NCBI RefSeq assembly: GCF_964355755.1
Contig: NC_092671.1
Location: 11,718,001 to 11,782,000 of the forward strand
Length of the DNA: 64,000 nt
Direction of reading: 5' to 3'
From: Antedon mediterranea
Taxonomy: Eukaryota > Animalia > Echinodermata
Numbering within the stretch: position 1 is the first letter of the stretch; each line of letters starts with the position of its first letter. A model generated the notes under the pieces. The model saw nothing but the letters and a program-made list of their open reading frames with translations. It ran no database searches and was not told the DNA's origin. Both the position numbers and the translations under genes were made by a program. Below are positions 14,801 to 26,433 of this stretch, piece after piece.

Positions 14801-17091
14801 CCCAGGAATATTAAAGCATTGATCCAGGCAAGCTACACACTTTAATTACACCACCACGCCTATAATTATTATGTGTAGTTCATTGTCATTAATAAAAGAA
14901 TTTATTTTTTCAATTCACAAGTACTGTGACAAACAATTGCTTATTGTCTCAAATGTACTACAGTATTTTCAATGCATTTTCATTTATTAAAATTAATTAT
15001 TTATATACAGTACATACACACTGTATTTGAATAATTAACTATGACGTGCAACAGGCGATTACTAACAAAGACTTAAAATTGCTGATGAGAAATCTTGGTA
15101 ACAAAGGATTCTTGGTAACTATTACATTAGTTGAACAGCATTATAAAATTACATTAATGATTCTGAATTTTTCCACAAGGCGATAAATAATATTTGAAAC
15201 ATTTTATTTTAATTCTCATTTGGTGATATTTTCTTTCAAATTTATTCTTAACATCAAATATCAATTTAATTACAGTATTTTAAAGAGTTGCTACTGTAGT
15301 GCAATGCTTTATACATGGACGAATATGCTAGACGTACATAATGTTCACGCAGAACACCAATTTTTGATGGGGAAAAAAAATAGGTCGTTGTCAGGTTTGA
15401 GTATTAAATGTCATGAAAAGGTTTACAGGTTCATCAGGAAGCTGTGCTACTGTGCTAGGTATTATTTGATCTTTGATAACGAGGAGCGAAGATGATGCTG
15501 ATTGCCAATTTATACAAGTACTGGTAATGATGTGATTTAATTAAGAATGACAATTAACATGTCTGAGAGATGAGAAAAGTAGAACTTGATGAAAGACAGA
15601 CAGTACACTAACACTTATGAGTCACAGATTAACGAGTCGTGTCTTTTGTCCAAATAATGATTCAATCTTAATAATATACAGAACATAACAACATTACATA
15701 CAGTAAATCACTCGGGGATTTATGTCGATCAAATTATGTGTGTGAACAGGAGGTTGATTCTTGCAAACTTATATCAACAGTGAAATAGCGAAAACGTAGG
15801 TTTCTTCACATTGAACAATCAATATCTGTAATCTACTAATAAATTCCCATGTGAAAATGATGGTAGCATGTTTTGGCTATCTATACGATATTTGATTATT
15901 AAGTACAATTAAGTACATGATCAAATATGGGTGTCGTTTATAATTCAACTCAATTTCTTTTATTTCGGAAATTTTTCATCCCCAAAAAAAAAATCGCAAA
16001 CTCTAAGCTTAAATAGTTTAACTTTATTTCTATTACAACGTTTTTTTGACAGCTACAAGACAGGACAATATTAAGTACTGCTGATGCTCCAGAGTTTGCA
16101 AGTTATTGCCCACTACAGAATTCGGGAACATTACTTAATAAACACAGGAAAGGGACTGCTGAAACTTTTGATGATTTGAAGAGGAATTTATACAACCCAT
16201 TCGTAAAATCAACGATTTGTAAACTGAACGTTCGTAAAATACACGTTTTACTGTACATTGCGCACCAAATTTAAGCAATGCTAGACTTGAGAATGCTCTT
16301 CACACCTCTTACAACCAGTTCCCAATCGCTTCACAGGAATTATTTGATTATGAGCCTGGCATAATGGGTATCCAGTCATACAGAAACATAATGCAATATA
16401 TCTGGCTATAAATTGCCAACTTGAGGATTGGGTTGAGCGACGATACTCAAAGTTCTATTAAAATGTGTGTAGTCAAAAAATAATACAAGATACACAATAT
16501 ACATTAGCTTGGCGCATGCAACGTCATACTCCAGACGTAAGTAGCACCTACAGTATGTACGCTGTACGCTGCATCCTCAATGGTCATGCAAGAGGTGTTG
16601 CCCTAAGTATTTTTTGTGCATCTACCTTTTCCCAATAAGGTCCAAGAAAGTGAACAATAAATAGGTGTTGAATGATGATGAATTTCTATATAAATACAAC
16701 TTTTCAGTATTGTAGATAATGTACAGTATAATTTAACTCATAGTTCCTGTGCTTATAGAGTAGATATATGTGGTTATGACTATGTTTTCATCATAAAGTT
16801 TGTCATTTAATTGGCGTTGTGTTTGATTCTAAGACATCATAAATAATCTTTTGAAATCTAATGTGTGCAAATATCAAATGTTTTTAATAGGGGTATACAC
16901 TCTTTGAATACAATTAAGTTCTTTTAACCATTATTAAATGCCAAAGAGTATTTTAATGTGTAATTTTCATTCCAAACATGAAATAGCCAGTAGGTACAAT
17001 AGTGGCCTGAAGATGACAGGTATTATAATGCTTGACATCGTGTCAACCATAAAGCTGATTCTCGACTTGTACAGTTACAAAGTATAATACA

Positions 17092-17244
17092 GTAGGCAAA
17101 TTCTGTGATACAGCGTCACATGTACAGTATCACATACATTAATGCATACAGTAGTATGTCATAAGCCTAAAATACACTATAGGCACCACGTGTGATACAT
17201 AGTACTGTACTGTATGTGACATACTGTATTACAGAAATTGCCTA
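17092..17244. mobile_element. Degenerate palindromic MITE remnant
   Basis: TAGGCAAATTCTGTGATACAG..GTCACAT pairs with ATGTGACATACTGTATTACAGAAATTGCCTA. Confidence 0.55.
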
Positions 17245-19455
17245 TGATACTGGACAGAATGCCATATGTGGGGATACACTACAGAGAATCGGGGGGAAAG
17301 AGTTATAACTACTGTATATTGTGTAGTAACATAACAATTAATCTTAATGTTTTAAACTGAATTCATAATTCCAAATGTCAAACTATTTTTTTATATTCCA
17401 AACTGAGGAAACATGAACAGTATTTTTTTGTCTCCTTTCTCAACAACCATGACATGAATAAACTCGTATTATTGTAAATAGCATTCTAAAAATAGTCATC
17501 TTTTTAGAAAAATGTGCTCAATCTGAAAACAACATCTTTGCAGTAGGTGATGACAAACAGAATGTGTTAATGTCTGACGAAAATCTCATGGGGGAAGGAA
17601 AAAGCAAAACATTTTTGATTAATAATATTTGTTGTCTTGAGAAAATTTCCTAGTTAATGACTCCATAGTGTTTACATGCTTTTTTCTTTATCAGAGTTAA
17701 ATTCCGGACTATCAGAGTTACACTGCTGCTAAGCTTGTTTTGCATTCAAATGCAAAAAATACACTGGTTAAAAAACATCCAAGATTTATTTAGCTCTAAA
17801 ACCTACTGTATATTCTGAAGTTGAAGTTAGTACTGTACATCAGAAACAACTCTGAAATCTATTTGAGTATCAGAGTTAACAATGCAGGCTGTTATCCAGT
17901 AAACACTAAAGTATTTAGCAAAATAGATGGCAAAATGTTACTGTACTACTGTCTACACTATACCATATACCATGATAATGTCATATCACTACCATATTTA
18001 AGCATATCACTACCATATTTGGGCACATCACACTTTTTTTTGTCACATATGTAGAGAATAATGCTGAGCACCGGAAAGCTGATATTTCACAATATATTTG
18101 AAAGAAAATAATGTACATGTTTGACCTACTTTTAACTAGAACAAGTTTTTTTTAATATCAAAAGGTTTAACATTGAATTATACTGTACTGTAGGTATTAA
18201 AGTAAGCACTAAAATACTATACTGTAAATTTTAACTCAATGTTTTTTTATGAACATTACTCATTTCGCACTAAGCATCTTAAATAAATTTAGAATTATAT
18301 GACCTACATTTATCCACTTTGAAATAATGTCACAGCTTATGAATTTAGAGCAATAGACACAAAAAGTAACATTTTGGATTTATTTGCTGTAAATCCTCTT
18401 TCTTTACATCAATAAGGAATGAAGAAGGATAATCTAATAAATCCATGTTTCTACAACCATATGAACATAATGCTTAGAAAACCATTACAATGATGATTCA
18501 GAAGCTTAGTGCAGTTAGACAAATAGATTAAAAATGCTCAGATTTCAGCCAACAAACATACATTTCTGATAAAATTTACACTAAATCAGAAAATCTTCAT
18601 TTTACAGTATAGAACAGGCAGATAGACAAATTATTTAAGAAAATATTTCTTAAATTTTATGAGAACAAAAATAAACAAATCTTAATCATATTAAATAAGA
18701 AAAAAAAGTATGGAGCGAAACTAGTTGTTGAGACTTGACAATGTAAAATAAAAAAAAAGAAATAAAACCTTTATTCTGAAAAATTAACTAACTGTATAAG
18801 TATAATTACTTATGTTTAGGCTGAAACGCTACTTAGTATCTGGATTAAAACATGCTACCTACAGTACAGTATATCTGGATTAAAACAAACTTTGTGAATA
18901 CTGTATAAGTCGTTTAAAAGTACATAATTGTCTTTACCTACAGGTTAATTCAATGAACACTTAACATTGTACACTACAGTACATCAATCAGAGTGGACAT
19001 ACAATAAACGTGTTTAACAATACTTTTGATCGGACCAAAGATACAGTACACAAATCCCTGGAATGCATTTTCAATACAAATTTCATACAGTACTGTATCT
19101 AGACAAAGATTTTTACAAAAACTATGTAGGTCACATACTGTTATCTTTTTAGATTCTTTAGTTAATGAATTTTTATTTCTGCAGTTTAATGAGCCATATC
19201 CAATAAAGAAATGTGCAGGAACGGAAGAAACATTTCTCTATGGTATACTGTAGGCAGGTTCTTTTTAATCTAGTTGGATGGTAGTGAGGGAATATACAGT
19301 ACAGTAGATACTTCATTATTCTTGTCCACTGAGGCTAGTTTTTAAGTTGAAGAAAAACCAGGCATGCATATAATATGATTAGCTTTAAAATGTCACTAAA
19401 GCTTAAAAATATAATGCTTGACAAATACTTTAAGAAGAAGGAAAGGATGTCTGTA

Positions 19456-19582
19456 CTGGACTACATGCCATCCAAGGATCAATAGGACAAGTTCTCTCGC
19501 ACTTATTTTTTTTTCGCTGGACTACATGCCATCCAAGGATCAATACTGTAGGACAAGTTTTCTCGCACTTATTTTTTTTTCG
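19456..19582. repeat. ~61-bp tandem duplication
   Basis: CTGGACTACATGCCATCCAAGGATCAATA.. at 19456 and 19517; copy 2 has an extra CTGTA. Confidence 0.9.
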
Positions 19583-22500
19583 CCGTGGCTAAAGATATGG
19601 TACCGTATCCTAACTTTCGTTTGCATAAAGGTACGGTAAAATTGCATTACTTCATAATCAGCCAATGAGGTGCTGGTATGTGTGACGTCATCGTATAAGG
19701 ACTTGGGATTCTTTTTCATATCGCGAAAACAGTGATCAACCGGCTGCTTAACATTTTCTTTATTATGCTTCATTTATCGCTATTATCTCCGTCGTGTGAC
19801 AAAACTAAATGTAGCCTAGGCCTATAGTCCATGGGATTTAGCTAAAAAATGACCCTTTTCTCACACAAATTGCAAGAAAAAATTTTTTTGATGAAATGTG
19901 TTCTTTAGACCCTACTGAACACATTTATCAACGTTAGGACATTTTTCGACAACGGGAAGTAGCCTAATTTGCATAATTAAAAATGGCCGCCATTTTTAAT
20001 AACGTACTCTGTATCTTGGAAACCGCTAGTCACAGATACTTAATTATGGTGTCAAAATCGTTAGAATATATGTTTTTATATTCACTTTATTGAAAAATTT
20101 TGTCCAAAAATGAATGGAAGTGCTATTTCTAACATTATTGACCTTTGACCTTGAATTCTCATATCTCAGCAACCACTAATCGGAGATATACAAATTAGGG
20201 CTTAAATTGTTCAGAAACTACACATTTATATCCAGTCTAATGGCATGTTTTTGCAAAAAATGGCGGATTCTAACATTACTGACCTTTGATTTATCATATC
20301 TTAGCAACCACTAATCTGAGAGACACACAATATGGCTCAAACTATTCAGAAACTACATATTTATATTTAGTCTAATGGCATGTTTTTGCAAAAAATGGCC
20401 GATTCTAACATTATTGACCTTTGAACTTTGCACTACATAAAATTGCATAACTTTGAAAATATTGTACATATGAAATTATTTTTAGTGTCAAATTATTCAG
20501 AACATACATGTTTCTATACAGTCCAATGACACATTATGTCCAATAATGACCTATTGTATGGTTATTAACATTTGAACTATTGAAAAGGATTTTTAAACCC
20601 GGAATCTTCTTCATGTAGGCATTCATTAGAACATGTGATTTGGCACTACTTGTTTAGAATATGGTGGTAATTTAAAGTGCATGTAACCAGTTGATTTAAA
20701 TTAAATTTAAAAACTGAAAATATTCACTTAAAAAAAAAAATATTAGACTATATATACATACATTATAGGTTTGGATTATTAATACATTTTTAATTCGGTC
20801 TTACATCTTACTCAGGAGAAAGTTGGTGTTGACACTCAGAGCCAACAAAAATGTATTTTTTTTAATGATATATTGTACATACTTTAAATAGGCCATGCAA
20901 TTTTGCAGGTTTATTAACGTTTTTTTCAAGTTAGTAATTTATTTTTTGATCATATTAAATTGCCATTAAATGGCATATTAAAAAAAAACAAATTTCTAAA
21001 GATTATTTAGTTTATATTTTGCTAAGGATAGCATCACTATTAAGGGCATTCTTTTAGGTTGAAACATAGTCTTATTAAGAAGGCATTTTCTACTAATAGA
21101 CGCATTGTTGACAACTGGAATTTTAAAAGATCGATGTTAATGCAACATATTTAGTTTAGTTTAATTAATTGGCTATCGAGACTCATAATTAGGCTGACCA
21201 CCACTTGCAATATTTTCGCCGTATACAGTAAAAACCTCAGTTTCTTATGGAATTTATTTATTTATTTCAATAACCGTACTACAGTACGACTACTAGTGGT
21301 GTATAGTTTTTAACCTTTTATAACTTGTTTTTGTACTTTTTTTACGTGAATGTATTGTGTATGTACCATGTTTCTATGTGGTTTCATTTTTACCATTTTT
21401 TAACCATAAATTTTAATGCTTTTAATATAAATATCTTGTAATTCAGCTTCAGCTGCCGAAAACGATAAGAAATAAAATAAACAAACGTGTAAACTTGTAT
21501 TGTAGGCAGTTTATGGATGAATGCAATAGTTTATGCTTATAAATTTAATGTACCATGGCCTACTTTAAACTAAACATAATAAGTCAACGTTGCAACTCTT
21601 ACATTTTAGAGTGCCAAATCACATGTTCTAATGGATGTCCACATGAAGAAGATTCCGGGTTTAAAGACTTTTCAAATATAGTTCAAATGTTAATAACCAT
21701 ACAATAGGCCATTATTGGACATAATGTGTCATTGGATTCTATAGAAACATGTATGTTCTGAACAATTTGACACTAAAAATAATTTCATATGTACAATATT
21801 TTCAAAGTTATGCGATTTTATGTAGTGCAAAGTTCAAAGGTCAATAATGTTAGAATCGGCCATTTTTTGCAAAAACATGCCATTAGACTAAATATAAATA
21901 TGTAGTTTTTGAACAGTTTGAGCCATATTGTGTGTCTCTCAGATTAGTGGTTGCTAAGATATGATAAATCAAGGTCAAAGGTCAATAATGTTAGAATCCG
22001 CCATTTTTTGCAAAAACATGCCATTAGACTGGATATAAATGTGTAGTTTCTGAACAATTTAAGCCCTAATTTGTATATCTCCGATTAGTGGTTGCTGAGA
22101 TATGATAAATCAAGGTCAAAGGTCAATAATGTTAGAAATAGCACTTCCATTCATTTTTGGACAAACTTTTTCATTAAAGTGAATATAAAAACATATATTC
22201 TAACGATTTTGACACCATAATTAAATATCTGTGACTAGCGGTTTCCAAGATACAGAGTACGTTATTAAAAATGGCGGCCATTTTTAATTATGCAAATTAG
22301 GCTACTTCCTGTTGTCGAAAAATGTCCTAACGTTAATAAATGTGTTCAGTAGGGTCTAAAGAACACATTTCATCAAAAAAACCTTTTCTTGCAATTTGTG
22401 TGAGTTAAAAGTCTAAATCCCATTGACTACTATGTCTGTTATTATTGATAGGCAAAAACATGTTGATTTTAATTCTAGAATACAGAAATTTACCGTTTCA

Positions 22501-23209
22501 AAAGAGGCCTACTACGTACTATAACCATGCTATAGCCTCGGTATATTAGTTTGTTTGCCAGGCTGGGGCCAGCTGCATATGTGCGCTGATTTCTGTGACT
22601 AAGAAATGGGGCTAGGCATATTGTCTAAATCATAGTATTTGAGGGCCCCTTTATTGTCCGCATTTGCTTTTTGTTTATGGTCACCATCTGTAAACAAAGT
22701 TTATTAAAAAATATAGGCCTAAATAGGCCATTTGGAATAAAAATAAAACCCTCATAGTAACTATAGGCCAATGGACGAATGAACTAGACGCAACACAATT
22801 TCCAACATTGAATTATAATTCCTTTACTTCTAATTTGGCTATCAACATATTTCTACTGTAGTGTAGTGTTTAATGTTGTATAATGAAATAATATTTGAGA
22901 TTGAGTGCATGATTTAAACGCTTTATGTAACGTCCACCAACCACATGATCTTGCTCTATTACTAAATACAGCATCGACGATTCTGGATTCAACATTACTA
23001 GGTCTAGCCCAGAGGCTGAGTCACAGAATCATCAGCGCACACATCCATGCAGCCTGGTGCCGCCGATAGGCATTCTGTAACAGGCGCGATATGAAAAAAA
23101 AATCCTTATACAATGACGTCACACACGTACCAGCACCCCCATTGGCGGACTATGACGTACCTTTAGCAAACGTAAGTTAGGATACGGTACCGTATCTTTA
23201 GCCACTGCG
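19581..23209. mobile_element. Non-autonomous TIR element (outer), host of the long foldback element
   Basis: CGCCGTGGCTAAAGATATGGTACCGTATCCTAAC at 19581 pairs with GTTAGGATACGGTACCGTATCTTTAGCCACTGCG ending 23209; arm similarity continues ~130-150 bp; T9 flanks both ends (possible 9-bp TSD, weak because homopolymer). Confidence 0.8.
19825..22429. mobile_element. Foldback DNA transposon derivative with ~820-bp TIRs (possibly Academ-like)
   Basis: 19825-~20648 is the near-perfect reverse complement of ~21610-22429; termini TAGTC..GACTA flanked by CTA on both sides; AT-rich non-coding spacer. Superfamily assignment is inference from TAG..CTA ends and a 3-bp TSD. Confidence 0.85.
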
Positions 23210-24052
23210 TTTTTTTTTCATGTAGAAAAAATACATTTTGTGCATTTATTGTTGTGATCTCTTTTGTGTGAAAAGGTGTTGAATTTGTTTTAAAATTATG
23301 TTATAACTTATTTTTTTAAAGTGGTTGATTCCTACAGACTGCAGTTTTGCCAACAGATGCGGCCCAGTGAAGCAGGAGATGCCAAGGGGTGTACTGTAGG
23401 TTTGAGAAGAGGAGATTGGTGTAAAAACTATGGTAGAAAAAGGCACCGGATCTGTAACAATTTTGTCCATTTTTCTGAATGAAAGATATTCAATGAGTCA
23501 AGCATTTAAATTTTTGTAAAAACTATTTAAATTTACAGTGGATATCTTACAGAACTAGGCAAGTTAGTTTCGCTGATAAATGAAGGAGACAGCTATACTT
23601 TATGATTATTGATACAGTATAAATAAATTGTATTTAAAAAAGCAAACATTTATAAATCATGAAATTCTTAATCCACTACCTACTACTCTCCTTATTCAAT
23701 ATTATTTTAGCCTACTAGGCACAGATGTAGGCCTAAGGCCTACACTTGTACAATTTACAAATTTAAAAATTCAGTAATATACGAATAATTAATATATTAA
23801 AACTAGGTCTATCTGCTTTTCTTATAACACTGTAGGAGGCCTTAAACAACACACACAGTGATAACAGAAATTGAAAAGAGGGCAACATTAAACAAAAATT
23901 CAACAAGTGTTAAGTCTAACAGAAGTACTCTGCTCCTGTCTCACTCTCACAGTCTGTCAAAAATTTATAATCATCACGGTCAACTAACAGTAAATGAGAG
24001 AATGAAAAGTATGTTTCTAAGTTTAATTTATATAACTAAAAAAGGAACTTAC

Positions 24053-24132
24053 CAGCAATTGAGCTTACGAACATTTTCCAAATCCGAAGCTCGAGCCCTG
24101 GCAAGGACGAGCCCCTCGGTAAGCTTCACCAT
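24053..24132 (-). CDS. CFAP410: Cilia- and flagella-associated protein 410 (C21orf2, LRR protein), coding exon 1; later exons not located in this window
   Basis: Minus strand reads MVKLTEGLVLARARASDLENVRKLNC plus TG|GTAAGT (split Trp codon, phase 2), closely resembling human CFAP410 [26 protein letters not shown] as I recall it. Confidence 0.9.
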
Positions 24133-25847
24133 CGTTCGTTTGTCGCGTTCGGCCTTTTTCCACTGCAAAAAAAGTATACTGACTGATACCTAGCCGCCTA
24201 GCCTATTCAAATCGGTAACTTTCTTTGCAAAGCGTTGTTGAAATTTATGCTAGAGTAAACAAAATGAACTTTTAGGGAACCACCAGACACTTTAATTGTC
24301 TAGCTTTTGCACGAATGTCAGCACAGAAAAATTAATTCTTGCCTGAGTATAACTTGACAACTGCAAAGTATGAACTCAAGAGTTGGTTTTCGTTGTTTCG
24401 AAGACTCTCTCTTCACCAAAAATCGTTTTAACTATAGGTGGCGCTATAAACAATTTTTAAAAACTTGAGGAGACAAACCAAAAATAGCAATCAATTTAAA
24501 AATTGTACTTGTATAATAATAGTAGGGTTAAGGTGGGGGAGGGGGGGGGGATAGGCAGGAATTTGCTCAACGTTTCATTGTATACATTAAGCAAAATGTG
24601 GTCTAATATTAGGTGGTGGAAATAAACTTTTCTGTACTACTATAAATCAAATTTATTAACGTAAATCATGGAGGTATAAATCATGGAGTAAAGAATTACT
24701 CCATGTATAAATACCTCCATGCGTAATTTGCACATTAAATTCATTGTGTGTAGTTTGGAGAAAAAGGACTTATAATTTGAATTTAATTGTATGGGTACTG
24801 AAATAGAATTGGTTGAAGGAAAAGAGTCGTGATCTTTATAAATTGGCGGTACCGACCAATAGTCTTCTTTTATTAACAAGGCCAACAGCCATTAAGTCGC
24901 GTGCTACACAATGCATGATACCGGACCGACAGACAGACCGACAGACCGACAGACAGACCGACAGACAGACAGACAGAGAGACCGACCGACCGACATAGTG
25001 AACTATACTGACCGAAATTACTGAACATGTTTAAAAATGTTGAAATGTTTAAAAACATTTATTTTTTTTTAATTTACACGTTCGTAGCCTGTCACTTTCG
25101 ACGTGCTCGTATAACGTAATTTCGAGTTGAAAAGTAAGTCAAGAAAACAGAAATCGGGCAAAAAGAGTGCGCAATAACATTTAACGCGCAGTGCGCGCGC
25201 AAAAATATGCGCACTCATGGCAATTTTGTAAACGCTTAAAATTGCCTGAAAAATGTACTCTTATTTCATCGAAAATAAATTTTGAAAATGTTAAGCGCGC
25301 GTACGCATGCGTTACATGCGCTATACACGTAATTGTATTGCCATAATATGATGATTTATGCCCTGAAATTTATGAGTACCAAATTTTATTTAATTGTGAT
25401 TCATGGTTGTGAAGATATGATTACAAACGTGATTTCGTTAAATCGTGCTTAGACCGCGTAATTTTTTATTGCGCACCGTGAAGACATAACCACATTGATT
25501 CCTGGCCATAAGGAATATACTGTGAAAAATTGACCTAGCTAGATTAAACTGATATCAAGATAAGGTCAGAAAGCGATAAAACGCATAGTGATACCGGACC
25601 GACAGACAGACAGACCGACAGACAGACCGACAGACAGACAGACCGACCGACCGACATAGTGAACTATAGAGTCGCTTCCACGCGACTAAAAACCAAGCTA
25701 CAGAGTATAAGCTATAATCTTTCTCATAATCATCTTTTTGGTGAAATAGTAATGCGCCATCATCGGTGAGTTTGTTTACTGTGGAGTGGTCATAAGAAGA
25801 ATTTTCACAACTACTGAACACATCCTGTTGGTTGGAACAGCAAAAAA
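24133..25847. promoter_or_regulatory. Divergent CFAP410/COX7C intergenic promoter region
   Basis: Start codons face outward 1.7 kb apart; CTCF-like AGGTGGCGCTA at ~24436; YY1-like AAAATGGCG overlapping the COX7C ATG. Motif function is inference. Confidence 0.55.
24875..25692 (-). mobile_element. DINE-1/HINE-like element with (GACA/GACC)n tracts, composite
   Basis: AACAAGGCCAACAGCC..AGTCGCGTGC at one end, AGTCGC-TTCCAC-GCGACT hairpin plus AAAAA at the other; two GACA/GACC tracts (~24925-24995, ~25596-25655); same ends as the short copies at 38420 and 41441. Confidence 0.8.
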
Positions 25848-25937
25848 ATGGCGTTGGCTAGAATTCTGCAAATTTCAAGACGTAATTTTACAACTTCTTT
25901 GGTCCGTAGGGCTGGTTATGGAGAAGGACCTGGAAGT
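25848..25937 (+). CDS. COX7C: Cytochrome c oxidase subunit 7C, coding exon 1 (mitochondrial presequence and start of mature chain)
   Basis: ATG at 25848 reads MALARILQISRRNFTTSLVRRAGYGEGPGS, then phase-0 donor GTAAGT at 25938. The RRFTTS..RR..Y.EGPG pattern is the recognisable COX7C N-terminus. Confidence 0.96.
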
Positions 25938-26316
25938 GTAAGTTCAATAATGAGATGGATATTCATTATTTTGATTATAGATTACTCGTATTCGAAGCAA
26001 AAACTCCTCACTCAATTCAATCAGGCCTCCTCCTTCACTGATTATTGGCTACCATTCTTTCTCATGACTAAAATTATACACAGGGGCGATAGTTGGCTCA
26101 ACACCTTTTAATGAGGCTTTCGCAGCTCAGCTATATGTGGCCTAGGTCGATTTTAACGATTTTAGGGTCCGTGCCATTCTAATGGAACCGCACTATGGCC
26201 GACTCGGCTGAAACATTTACGAGGCCTTCCTTTTCAGCAGTATTTATTTTTATTATATTGATATTATTAATATTAAATAAATTATTATTATTAAACTAAA
26301 TTTGATTTTTTAACAG

Positions 26317-26433
26317 AATCTTCCATTTCAAATTGAAAACAAGTGGCGGCTTTTAGCAGTGATGACAACATTTTTTGGTGCTGGATTTGCAACACCTTTC
26401 CTACTTGTACGATTCCAACTGAAGAAGCATTGA
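26317..26433 (+). CDS. COX7C: Cytochrome c oxidase subunit 7C, coding exon 2
   Basis: Acceptor ttttttaacAG ends at 26316; reads [41 protein letters not shown], matching the COX7C NLPF..ENKWRL / single TM helix / VR.QL.K signature. Spliced product 68 aa. Confidence 0.96.
   Translation, partial: NLPFQIENKWRLLAVMTTFFGAGFATPFLLVRFQLKKH

Noticed and set aside
20800-20850. LALSVN on the minus strand as a CFAP410 exon
   Set aside because: Lies inside a transposon spacer and the flanking residues and splice phases do not fit.
23858-24193. 111-aa plus-strand ORF
   Set aside because: Antisense shadow of CFAP410 exon 1.
24523-24555. G-run with G-quadruplex potential in the divergent promoter
   Set aside because: Simple poly-G tract with no further support.
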